A stretch of DNA of 53,523 nucleotides, from positions 1-53,523 of the IMG/VR virus record IMGVR_UViG_3300029319_000067; one strand, given 5' to 3'. Made by a program: the position numbers and the translations under genes. This document shows, one piece after another, positions 24,017-33,000 of the stretch. The notes below the pieces were generated by a model. It did no database searches. It was not told the DNA's origin and saw only the letters and a list, made by a program, of their open reading frames with translations. The stretch is from a virus. Taxonomy: Duplodnaviria; Caudoviricetes. Each line of letters opens with the position of its first letter. Within the stretch, counting starts at the first letter, position 1.

Positions 24017-25314
24017 CACCAGAACCTGTATGACATTTTTGATAGTCCAAGTTGTTCTGAATATCTTGGGATGCGACATGCCCAGTATGAAGGTTTCATT
24101 TTATCGTTAGCCTGTTCGCACTTGTGTCTAGCGACGTAAGATTTGCGTGCGCCAGCGTCGTGGATCTTAACTGCCAGACCACCTTTCTTATCTCCAAAGT
24201 GTATGGTTTTCACATTACCTGTCTTGGGATCTTTAACATAAACTTTATATTTTTTTGGTCCACTGGAACGCATGGGAGAGTTTAACTCAACCTCTCGACC
24301 ATTAAGCTTAGCTTCCATCAAGGGCATCGGCATATCCAATGGTACCATCTCTCCCTCGTGTAAAACCTGTTCTCCAAGGTCAGACTTCAAGATTTCTTCG
24401 TCTAGGTGGTCGTAGGAGACCTTCCCACCACGCCAGAGGGATCTTTGGTCCTTCACATAATCGTAGTATTTATCAGAAAAAGGTCGGTACGGATTATCGG
24501 ATAGTTTCGCTGGCGTGCTAAATGGAGCACTGTCAGAGAGACTGAGAGCCTCGTGTAGTCTTCGTATTGCTTCATTCTTCTTCTTTTTCTTGGAGGCTTT
24601 CTTACCCCAGGTTTTGCCCTTGCCTCTTTCTTTGCAAGCGGCAGAAGTTGGTCTGCAAGCGGGGTACTTTCTTTTCTCTCCCTTTTGACGACCGCATGGT
24701 TTATGTCCAACGATTTTACCGTCTTTGCGGATAGGAGCGTTGCAGTCTACCCAGCCACCTTTTTTGCCAGGAGCGCCCTTACGACCGAACCAGTCACGGA
24801 GCGAACTTTCTTTTCTAGCTTCAGTTCCTGCTTTCTTTTTCTTTTTTTTTTCGTCAAGCTCTTCTTCCATTCCCTCGCCTTTGAGGTCTTTCCAAATCTT
24901 TCCTTGACGACATTTTACGATTGCACCTGAAGCATAGGCAGATGGGAACACGTCGTACTTGCGCTTTGCAATCTTGTAGCAGCGGTCCTTCTTTTCATTG
25001 ATAGCAGCGATGACTTCTTCACGAATCATCTCCTTTAGCTTACTGCCCTTTGGCACAGTTGGTTTGCCGTAGATGGCAATGTGTGCAGCTTGGCAAGCAG
25101 CGTATGGATCTTCTTTTGCCCAGTCAAACTCACCTGCTTCGACGGCAGCTTTGCACTTGCCCTTATGTTTTTTAAGGGCTGCTTTGGAACCTAGTGACGC
25201 TTTGTATTCTTTTTCAGTTAGCGTCTCTGGATCATAATCACCAACGACGCGATAGCGTTTGCCTGCTGGTGTCATGACTGTTTGTTTAATATCAGCGTGT
25301 TTTTTTTCATCCAT
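24016..25314 (-). CDS. Modular basic Cys-rich protein, putative internal head protein (C-terminus DUF6321-like)
   Basis: Modules KKDRCY...PSAYASGAIVKCR, LRDWF...WVDC...PCGR...YPACRP, KKYKVYVKDPKTGNVK...HFGD...YWAC separated by x-x-E sites. Confidence 0.65.
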   Translation of the reverse strand: MDEKKHADIKQTVMTPAGKRYRVVGDYDPETLTEKEYKASLGSKAALKKHKGKCKAAVEAGEFDWAKEDPYAACQAAHIAIYGKPTVPKGSKLKEMIREEVIAAINEKKDRCYKIAKRKYDVFPSAYASGAIVKCRQGKIWKDLKGEGMEEELDEKKKKKKAGTEARKESSLRDWFGRKGAPGKKGGWVDCNAPIRKDGKIVGHKPCGRQKGEKRKYPACRPTSAACKERGKGKTWGKKASKKKKKNEAIRRLHEALSLSDSAPFSTPAKLSDNPYRPFSDKYYDYVKDQRSLWRGGKVSYDHLDEEILKSDLGEQVLHEGEMVPLDMPMPLMEAKLNGREVELNSPMRSSGPKKYKVYVKDPKTGNVKTIHFGDKKGGLAVKIHDAGARKSYVARHKCEQANDKMKPSYWACRIPRYSEQLGLSKMSYRFW

Positions 25315-25318
25315 GGTT

Positions 25319-25798
25319 TTATCTCGTAAACTTTTCTTCTTGACCTTTTAGGTCCACATCATAAGTGGTTTGTTTTCCATCACCGAACGAGTCTGTGCGG
25401 AAGTCATCTTTCCTCATCATTGTGATGATGACCAAACGGTCTGGTCCCTTTCTCATGTCCAACTTCGCTACTATGTTGAGTGCAGGTTGGTTGCCCTGTT
25501 TTGCACGGACGTGAAATGCTTCGCCGTTGGTTATCTCTCCATTGGCAAAGTCGTCTAATATTTGGGGTAAAGCGCGGTCAAGTGCTCTAACAACTGATTG
25601 GCGACTAATCTTACCAAGCCTTTGTCCACCTGAACCACGGGCACCGACATGTCTCCTCGACCTTTCCTCAGCGTGTTTAGAAGCAATAACTTTTAAGTTA
25701 TCAATATCAATAGCATACGTATCACCCTCAAAGGAGTCATACTGCGTATCTTCTGCTAAGAAATGCTGGAAACGAGAAAGGATTTCCTTGTACTGCAT
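25319..25798 (-). CDS. Putative RNase-toxin-like (DUF4258/BECR-like) protein with head leader
   Basis: Leader MQYKEILSRFQHFLAE; SKHAEER...ISRQSV...LVIITMM; ACTATTTA at 25803-25810. Confidence 0.5.
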   Translation of the reverse strand: MQYKEILSRFQHFLAEDTQYDSFEGDTYAIDIDNLKVIASKHAEERSRRHVGARGSGGQRLGKISRQSVVRALDRALPQILDDFANGEITNGEAFHVRAKQGNQPALNIVAKLDMRKGPDRLVIITMMRKDDFRTDSFGDGKQTTYDVDLKGQEEKFTR

Positions 25799-25811
25799 AT
25801 TTTAAATAGTA

Positions 25812-26105
25812 TTAAAAGTGAGCAATGTCTTTGCCGTTATAACCTTTTACAATAAGATCTTCAGGGAAGTTCTTCACGAAATTGCGTGCTTCATCCCGGT
25901 CATTAAAACAATGAGAGAAAACCAAAAGGGTCTGATGTCGGTCAAAACCTTCAGCAATAATGTTCCAGTCTTTTAGTAGGGTTGTAATACGGCGGCGACT
26001 CTGAGGTGTCAAGCCGTCTGCTTGCAAGTGAAACCTGAGTGCGCCCTTGTCTTGTTTATCTTGCGGAACTTGCCAAAAGGTCATCTTCACTTTCTTCTTT
26101 GCCAT
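25812..26105 (-). CDS. Hypothetical protein
   Basis: ORF with GGAG RBS. Confidence 0.55.
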   Translation of the reverse strand: MAKKKVKMTFWQVPQDKQDKGALRFHLQADGLTPQSRRRITTLLKDWNIIAEGFDRHQTLLVFSHCFNDRDEARNFVKNFPEDLIVKGYNGKDIAHF

Positions 26106-26337
26106 GATTGAACTCCACGGTTAGCTTACCGTCGTTGAATGAGATGTTAACTTCATTTTTAACATATTTGTTCACTAATGTCAAGAGTTTTACGATACTC
26201 TCTTCTGGTATTTCTTTGTCACTGATTGTGTTCATCACTTGATTGATGATGAAAGCCTTCTCGGCAAACACAACGTTTTCATCTACGCGGAGAGAGTTGG
26301 TCTCGCGTAGAAAGTTCATTAGGGATATTTTTTTCAT
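26056..26337 (-). CDS. Hypothetical protein
   Basis: N-terminus MKKISLMNFLRE resembles the head leaders. Confidence 0.55.
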   Translation of the reverse strand: MKKISLMNFLRETNSLRVDENVVFAEKAFIINQVMNTISDKEIPEESIVKLLTLVNKYVKNEVNISFNDGKLTVEFNHGKEESEDDLLASSAR

Positions 26338-26963
26338 ATTTTGAGTGCGGTTTTAATATCTTTTTCGTATTCTTTTAAATCGCCGCGCTTAATGCGCTCT
26401 AACTCTTTTACAAACTTCTTTTTGAGAAACTTCTCTGCTGGAAGCATATAATAGTAGTTTGATTGAGTAAACTGTTTCGTAACCCAGTGCAAGTTTGGTT
26501 CCTGTTTAAGCAACCACCAACGAACCGCGATACTAACGACGTATGCTCGAAACTCAAACCAAGCACGGAATGGTGCTGGAATAGGAGCAGCGCATACTAA
26601 AAAGAATATCATCCACGGTTTCCAAAAAGCAAAAAGTGCGAGTGGTGCTAGGATTTGTGGGAATAGGTATAGAAACTTAAATAATGGTCCAAAGGTTTTA
26701 TTGTCCTTCATGTGGACCCATTCGTGAGCCATAACCTCACAGGCTGTGTATGGTGCGTTTGGCTTCCATGGCATTTGTGGCACATAAACTTTTGCACCAA
26801 TAACTGTAATAAATCTGCTCATAAAGTGTTTGTTGAAAAACAATAGCTTGGAGAGGCATTTCATCAAAAAGGAGTTGCGCTTATCGATATACTCAAAAGT
26901 AGGGAACTCTTTTTTAATATGCCCCTCCAAACTAACACGTTTGAGAGTCAATATTTCTTTCAT
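26334..26963 (-). CDS. Membrane-associated HEXXH zinc metallopeptidase-like protein
   Basis: VMAHEWVH, hydrophobic hairpin, FEFRAY third ligand. Confidence 0.65.
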   Translation of the reverse strand: MKEILTLKRVSLEGHIKKEFPTFEYIDKRNSFLMKCLSKLLFFNKHFMSRFITVIGAKVYVPQMPWKPNAPYTACEVMAHEWVHMKDNKTFGPLFKFLYLFPQILAPLALFAFWKPWMIFFLVCAAPIPAPFRAWFEFRAYVVSIAVRWWLLKQEPNLHWVTKQFTQSNYYYMLPAEKFLKKKFVKELERIKRGDLKEYEKDIKTALKI

Positions 26964-26968
26964 GGTTT

Positions 26969-27733
26969 TTAGCCAAGATTCTTAGCAAGTCTACGCTTGA
27001 GGCTTTCTTTGACGAGTCTCTTTTGAACTCGACGTGTTACCTCGGCAACGATTTCTTCTAGAGCTTCGTCCATCATGTCATCGTCAGCGTCTGCCATATC
27101 CTCTGCGGCGGCTTCCATATCATCATCAGCATCAGCTTCATCTTCTGCTGCATCTTCTGCTTTCTCTTCGGCTTCGCCTTCATCAGACTCAACCTCAACA
27201 GCGACACCAGTCTCGTCTTCGATTGCAGCAGCGATTGCGTCAACCAAGGCTTCAACCTTGTCTTCCATGGAATCGTCACCCTCGTGGGCAGCTTCTTCCA
27301 TTTTGTCGTGCATGGCTTCATCCATGTCATCGTGAGCACCTTCTTCCATTTTGTCTTCGTGTGCTGCTTCTTCCATCTTATCTTCGTGGGCGGCTTCTTC
27401 CATCTTGTCGTCGTGCATACCTTCGGAGCAGTGTGCTTCTTCCATTTCTTCATGGGCACCCTCTTCCATCTTATCGTCATGCATTCCTTCTTCCATGCCG
27501 CGCTTTTCTTTATCATCTTCGTGGGCACCTTCTTCCATGCCACGCTTTTCTTCGTGAGCGCCTTCTTCCATCTTGTCGTCGTCGCCACGCTTTTCTTCCA
27601 TAGGCTCTTTGTGTCCACGCTCTTCCATCTTCTCGCCGCGTTTCTCACCTTCGGTAAGAACTTCAGCATCAGCGGAAACGTAGCCACGCCAAGATTCAAG
27701 AAGAACCTTCATGTCTTTGTTATCTCTTTTCAT
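26969..27733 (-). CDS. Acidic repeat protein, probable prohead core/scaffold
   Basis: Leader ending VLTE; tandem (K/G)MEE(G/A)(A/M)H(E/D)D repeats; basic C-terminal helix; ACTATTTA at 27768-27775. Confidence 0.65.
   Translation of the reverse strand: MKRDNKDMKVLLESWRGYVSADAEVLTEGEKRGEKMEERGHKEPMEEKRGDDDKMEEGAHEEKRGMEEGAHEDDKEKRGMEEGMHDDKMEEGAHEEMEEAHCSEGMHDDKMEEAAHEDKMEEAAHEDKMEEGAHDDMDEAMHDKMEEAAHEGDDSMEDKVEALVDAIAAAIEDETGVAVEVESDEGEAEEKAEDAAEDEADADDDMEAAAEDMADADDDMMDEALEEIVAEVTRRVQKRLVKESLKRRLAKNLG
27280..27640 (-). repeat. Coding tandem repeat (about 21-36 bp units)
   Basis: Recurring CTTCTTCCAT on plus strand, encoding MEE. Confidence 0.85.
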
Positions 27734-27778
27734 AATATTAACTCTCCTTATGGGAAAATAACCAAGATAAATAGTTTT

Positions 27779-27946
27779 CTAAAAATCTAAATCCTCTTCC
27801 ACGAGTGAAAACTCAACGTCAGCTACGTTCTCAAGCTTACGGAGCACATCAAGCCACCGTACCAACTCTTCTTGGTCATCAACTGAGACCTCGATGTTAC
27901 GTTGGTCTTCACTGTTTTCTATCTTATATTGAACGTTGTATCGCAT
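27779..27946 (-). CDS. Small acidic hypothetical protein
   Basis: Own translation MRYNVQYKIENSED...EEDLDF; GGAGGTG RBS. Confidence 0.5.
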   Translation of the reverse strand: MRYNVQYKIENSEDQRNIEVSVDDQEELVRWLDVLRKLENVADVEFSLVEEDLDF

Positions 27947-27964
27947 CTTCACCTCCAAAGATAA

Positions 27965-28192
27965 CTATGTGGAAATGAGCTTTTTTACCAACTTTTTGAC
28001 TGCCTTGTCCTCTATCTGTTTCACTCTGACGTAAGAAACGCCCAATCTTTTGGCACATTCTCTTAATGTCATCTTGCCGTGTTTTTCGACTGCGACCAAC
28101 ACACAGTTGTCATCCTCTGAATAATCTATCCATTGGCGACACTCTTTGTTTTGACATATCTTACCGATCTTATCGCTACATTTATTACTCAT
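27965..28192 (-). CDS. Stand-alone sigma70 region-4-like HTH with Cys-rich N-terminus
   Basis: MTLRECAKRLGVSYVRVKQIEDKAVKKL resembles the sigma70 4.2 consensus TLEEVG..F.VTRERIRQIE.KALRKL. Confidence 0.7.
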   Translation of the reverse strand: MSNKCSDKIGKICQNKECRQWIDYSEDDNCVLVAVEKHGKMTLRECAKRLGVSYVRVKQIEDKAVKKLVKKLIST

Positions 28193-28503
28193 AAGTCTGG
28201 GTTTGCCTCCTCGATTCTATCAAAGATGTTTTCAATGTCATCTTCGTCTAGATCATAAAAATCTTTGTAGTCTTCGTTTTCTAAATTTTTTATTCTTTTC
28301 TTCGCGTCTTGTTTGCCAGTGCCTCTTAACTCTTCGACGAGTCGGATAGTCCACTTGTTTTTCTCAACATAAGACTTAACCATGTGACGAACAAAAGCTG
28401 CTTGGCTAATGCTGTCCTCACCGCAAGCTACACGAAAAGCTTCGTGCAGTTCCTTTTCGACAAAGAATGTTAATCGACTCTCTCCCGGTTTTCCTTTTGC
28501 CAT
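28189..28503 (-). CDS. Ribbon-helix-helix-like DNA-binding protein
   Basis: RLTFFVEKELHEAFRVAC..DSISQAAFVRHMV. Confidence 0.6.
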   Translation of the reverse strand: MAKGKPGESRLTFFVEKELHEAFRVACGEDSISQAAFVRHMVKSYVEKNKWTIRLVEELRGTGKQDAKKRIKNLENEDYKDFYDLDEDDIENIFDRIEEANPDL

Positions 28504-29523
28504 TTACTTCCTCTTAATATGGGCTGAGCTTTCTATTTGGCTCGCGGGAGATTGACGGACCCACTCTGCACGAGCTTGTAGTTCTTTGATATTCCTACAG
28601 CCTGAATATGATAAACCTGAGCGGATTCCCTTATCCAACCCCTCCAAGACCGTTTGCAATGAGCCTTTGTAAGGAACTGAATATGATACGCCCTCAAGTG
28701 ATGAGACTCTACCTCGCCAAGCATGTTGCGCTGCCGCAGAAGCCATGCCACGGTATTGCTTTCTCAGTTCCCCATCAGGTGTGCTAAATACTCGACCAGG
28801 GGCTTCGTCTGTTCCTGCAAGGAGCGATCCCAACATAACAGCATCAGCGCCAGCAGCAAGAGCCTTAACAATATCACCCGAGTTTTTAATGCCGCCATCT
28901 GCAATGATTTTTGCATCTCGGTCTGATTTGGCGCATTGGAATATTGTTTCAAGCCCAGGAACACCGTGTCCCGTTTGTATTCTTGTAGTGCAAATACTGC
29001 CACCTCCAATATTACATCTAATAGAATCAGCACCCCAATCAGCCAAATCATTGAAGCCCTCCACTGTTGCCACGTTGCCAGCCATAATGTGAAAGTCGTC
29101 TGGCAAGTTGTTACGTAAGGTCTCCAAGGCTTCTTTCATAAGAATACTATGACCGTGGGCAACATCAACACAAATAAAATCTACACCGACACCAAAGAGG
29201 GACTGTGCTCGTTCCAAAAAGTCTCCAGTCACTCCGACAGCAGCGCCTACTAAAGTATCTTCCTCTGCTGATATAAGAGACTCGACGATAGCTACCTGTT
29301 CCTCTACGGTGTTGTAGCGATGGACAACTGATGTTCCACCGTAAGCAGACATGGTGGCTGCGGTATCTTCCTCAGTCACAGTGTCCATTGGGGATGAGAT
29401 GACAGGAAAAGTCAACTTCAGTCCTGCTGAAAGGTCTGTATCTAAGCGGACCTCTGACCTGCTACGAATATCTGAATATTGAGGCGCTAGAAGCACGTCA
29501 TCGTAAGTTAAAACTTCTTTCAT
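28504..29523 (-). CDS. guaB: IMP dehydrogenase / GMP reductase family, no CBS domains
   Basis: LTYDDVLL, SSPMDTVT, DVAHGHS, IGGGSICTTR, IIADGGI, YRGMAS. Confidence 0.85.
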   Translation of the reverse strand: MKEVLTYDDVLLAPQYSDIRSRSEVRLDTDLSAGLKLTFPVISSPMDTVTEEDTAATMSAYGGTSVVHRYNTVEEQVAIVESLISAEEDTLVGAAVGVTGDFLERAQSLFGVGVDFICVDVAHGHSILMKEALETLRNNLPDDFHIMAGNVATVEGFNDLADWGADSIRCNIGGGSICTTRIQTGHGVPGLETIFQCAKSDRDAKIIADGGIKNSGDIVKALAAGADAVMLGSLLAGTDEAPGRVFSTPDGELRKQYRGMASAAAQHAWRGRVSSLEGVSYSVPYKGSLQTVLEGLDKGIRSGLSYSGCRNIKELQARAEWVRQSPASQIESSAHIKRK

Positions 29524-29859
29524 TTATTCTCCTATAAACTTTTTAATTGCTTCCTCAAGATAGCCAAGAGAGTACCAAGTACGTTCGTCAGGGTCTTTTG
29601 GTTCTTTTAGAAGACTGAACTTGCCTTCGCTAATAAGTGCTATGCTAGGCACTCCATCAATGTTTTCTTCAAATACGTCAAAGTCATCTGACTCGGTATC
29701 AACATATCTCATATCTAGATTATCATACTTTTCACTAAGATATTTTAGTGATGGTTCAATAGCCACGCAGTAATGACATTGCCGACTTTTAAAAACAACA
29801 AATATTTTTTTGCCGTTTTCCATACCCTCTATAACTTCAAGTGCTGTCGTGTTCTTCAC
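29524..29859 (-). CDS. Thioredoxin-like protein
   Basis: CHYC, DGVPS. Confidence 0.8.
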   Translation of the reverse strand: MKNTTALEVIEGMENGKKIFVVFKSRQCHYCVAIEPSLKYLSEKYDNLDMRYVDTESDDFDVFEENIDGVPSIALISEGKFSLLKEPKDPDERTWYSLGYLEEAIKKFIGE

Positions 29860-30097
29860 TCGCTTCTCCTTGGCAGTCTGGGCAAACCAAAGCTACCTTT
29901 CGATGTTCCTCGTTGACTGCGACACGCCAAGTCATGTGGTGGTCGCGGCTGGTTTTATCAAAAGGCTTTCCACAAATGTTACAACTCTCTGGCAAGAGAT
30001 TAAACATGCCGACTTGTTGCGCCATCTCTTTTTTCTTTTGTTTTAAAACCTTGTTGCTTTTTTTTCGTCTTAGCTTTCTTCCTAGATTATTACTCAT
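29837..30097 (-). CDS. Small Zn-finger protein
   Basis: CNIC...CPDC. Confidence 0.6.
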   Translation of the reverse strand: MSNNLGRKLRRKKSNKVLKQKKKEMAQQVGMFNLLPESCNICGKPFDKTSRDHHMTWRVAVNEEHRKVALVCPDCQGEASEEHDST

Positions 30098-33000
30098 GCA
30101 ATCATCTTCCATCCGTACCTCATGGAACGGGTTGAAAAGCCCCACTGTTCAGAGTAGTCGAGCTTTGCCATGTAAGGGCGATTAACGTGGATAATGTCTT
30201 TGCTAGGGTCCACACCCCAAACCTTAATGGTTGATGACTTAGAGGTATCGTCGATAGCACGGACAATATAAAAATCCTTACCTCTGCGAGTCTTCTTTTT
30301 GATAACCTCGCGAGGGATAAACCAAGCTGCTCCCAAGTCTGGATCGAACTCGCCTAGTGGCGGGATGCAATAGTGTGCGAGTTGGTCTGTGACTTGCTGA
30401 GACATGACAAGGTGGAACGGGAAGATACCTGCCAACTCAACGAGGTAGGCAATCTTCTCGGTCTTTGAGAAGTCTCCCTCTGGCTCGTAGGTCTCGATGT
30501 TCTCCAAGAACTTCTTTTTATTCTTTGGTCTATCGACTGCAACCGCAGACCAGAAGTGTTTGAGTCCTGAGAAGCGCTCATCCATTAGAGAGTTCAAAGC
30601 CTGTGTGCGGCAAAGAACATCCAACCCCTTTTTGTTAAGCTTAGAATAAACAATCTCCTCATGGAACAAAAGTTCCTCGATAGTCTCAAAAGGACGGTGT
30701 GCCATAATCTGGTCAACTGCTTTATCGCCCAGACCCTTGATAGAGGTAAGAGGCTGAATGAGACTCTTGCCATCGTCAGCAATCTCCCAGACTCGACCCG
30801 ATAGGTTGATGTCAGGGTTCTCTACTCCAAGTCCAAGGCTTCGCACAATGTTGATAGCCCGCTCTTTCCTTCCTTCCGGTTCTTTGTCGAGGAAGGCAGC
30901 AGCCCACTCAACAGGGTAGTAGTTAAGAAGATGGGCGCACTGATAACTAAGAATGCTGTAGCTAACAGCGTGGGACTTATTAAAACCATACCCTGAGAAG
31001 TATTCAAAGGTTTGCCAGAGCTTTTGAGCTTCGGCTTCAGCGATTCCTTTTTCAATACATCCTGCAATGAACTTCTTGTGGATGGCGACTTTCTTTTCAT
31101 TACCTTTGCCTGTTCCTTTCTTGGTTAGTAGCTTGCGAAGCATGTTGCCTTCGTCAAGTGTAAGGTCTTTGCCCAGTTTGTGTGCGAGCAAAGCAATCTG
31201 CTCTTGGAAGATAAGGAAACCATAAGTTTCTTTTGTTACTTCCTCGACAAGTGGGTGAAGATACTTGATGTTGTGTGGGTTCTCCTTTGCCTCGACGTAC
31301 TGCTCGTGGACGTTAGCCGAGAGAGGACCGGGACGATAGATAGAGGTGATAGCCGAAATGTCAATGATAGACCTTGGCTTTGCACGTTGACAGAAGTTCT
31401 GTGCGCCCTTCTCAGTAAACTGGAACACACCAGCCCAACGACCTTTGTGAAAAATATTCTCGTAGATAGCTTGGTCGTCCAAATCCATATTATCTGGACT
31501 TAAATGCTCGTCATACCATTTCTTAACATCGTCAAACGTAGGATTCTCAATCCCATGATGCCGTTGCAGAATGTGGCTGATAGCACCCTCGACCATGCGA
31601 AGACTTGCGAGACCAAGAATGTCAAACTTAATAAACCCAAGGGGCTCAAGATGCCGAACGTTCATACCCTCAGACCAAGGAGTTTGCTGAACACCACCGC
31701 TGTTGATCAAGGGCATGTGCTTGTTCAAGTTGTCAGCGATCACAACACCACCAGCGTGGCGAGAGATCGAACGTAGCTGTCCTGTCAAAGCCTTGACGTG
31801 AGTCTCAACGTGTGGATATTTCTTGAGAAACTTTTTGAGAGAATCAGAGAACTCCATTAACTCTTCAAAAGTAGGGGTATAAACACCAGCAGTAATACCA
31901 TGGCGTGCCTTAGCGAGCGGCGTAGCCTCCAAAACCATGACACTTGTAACTCGGTTGACCTCTGAAAAGTCGATACCGTAGAACTTTGCGATATCCTTGA
32001 TAAGAGAGCGCAACTGCAAAGTGTTGTAGTTGGAGATAGGAACAACCGTATCCTTGCCCCACTTCTCCATCAACTCTTCTTTCAGAGCCATGGGGTCAGC
32101 AACGTCGTAATCGATGTCGGGATAGTCAACAGCATCTCGTCTAAGGAAGCGGCTAAAAAGCAGACCATACAATATGGGATCAATACCCGTAATACCAAGT
32201 ACGTAAGCGACAAGAGAACCAGCAGCACTACCACGACCCGCTCCAACCAGTTGAGTTTTTGTTGCTTCATCTGCCACCGCCTTCATTGTTAAAAAATACT
32301 TTGAGAAACCACGGTCATCAATAACTTTAATTTCTTCTTTTAGCCTCTCGACGTATTCTGGTTTTGTATGTAAGTTGCGACCCTTCAAACCCTCGATGCA
32401 GAGGCGAGTCATTTCTTCCGTAGCTGTCGAGCCTTCAGGCACAACAAAGTCCGGTAGGCGAACCTGAGCGTCAGGAAAGAATGTGTCGATGCGCTCATGC
32501 GCGATATGATAAGTATTCTGCAATGAGCGTCGAACCAACTTGTCGTCGTACTCAATGCCCAACTCCTCAGACGAAGACTTGTAAGCCTCCCACATCTGGT
32601 CGCCATTCTTGGGATAGAGTTCGTACATCAGGTCTTCACGCTTCTCAGGTAACGTGGAGTCTGCGTAATCCGGCTTGGCTTTGCCCAGCCAGCCAAGTTG
32701 CTTGTAGAGTTCACGATCCTTGAACATCTCTGGACGAGGATAGTGGGCATCAGCAGTGGATACCAACTCGGTGTTGGTCTCAGCCGCTGCCTTGATAATG
32801 TGTTGATTTACTTCATGCTGCTCGGGAATACGATTCCACTGAAGCTCGCAGTAAAACTTGTCACCAAAGATATCCTTGAACTCGTTGATAGTCTTGACCA
32901 TCGAGTTGTGAACAGCCTCTGGGCTTTCCTCACGATTGTTCCAAAAGCACTTGGACAAAGGACCACCGAGACAAGCAGAGGAAACAATGATTCCCTCGCT

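Noticed and set aside
27034-27790. Periodic repeats and several overlapping ORFs suggesting a CRISPR array or overlapping genes
   Set aside because: Repeats are in-frame degenerate codon repeats of one acidic protein, without unique spacers or cas genes; the other frames are shadows of low complexity
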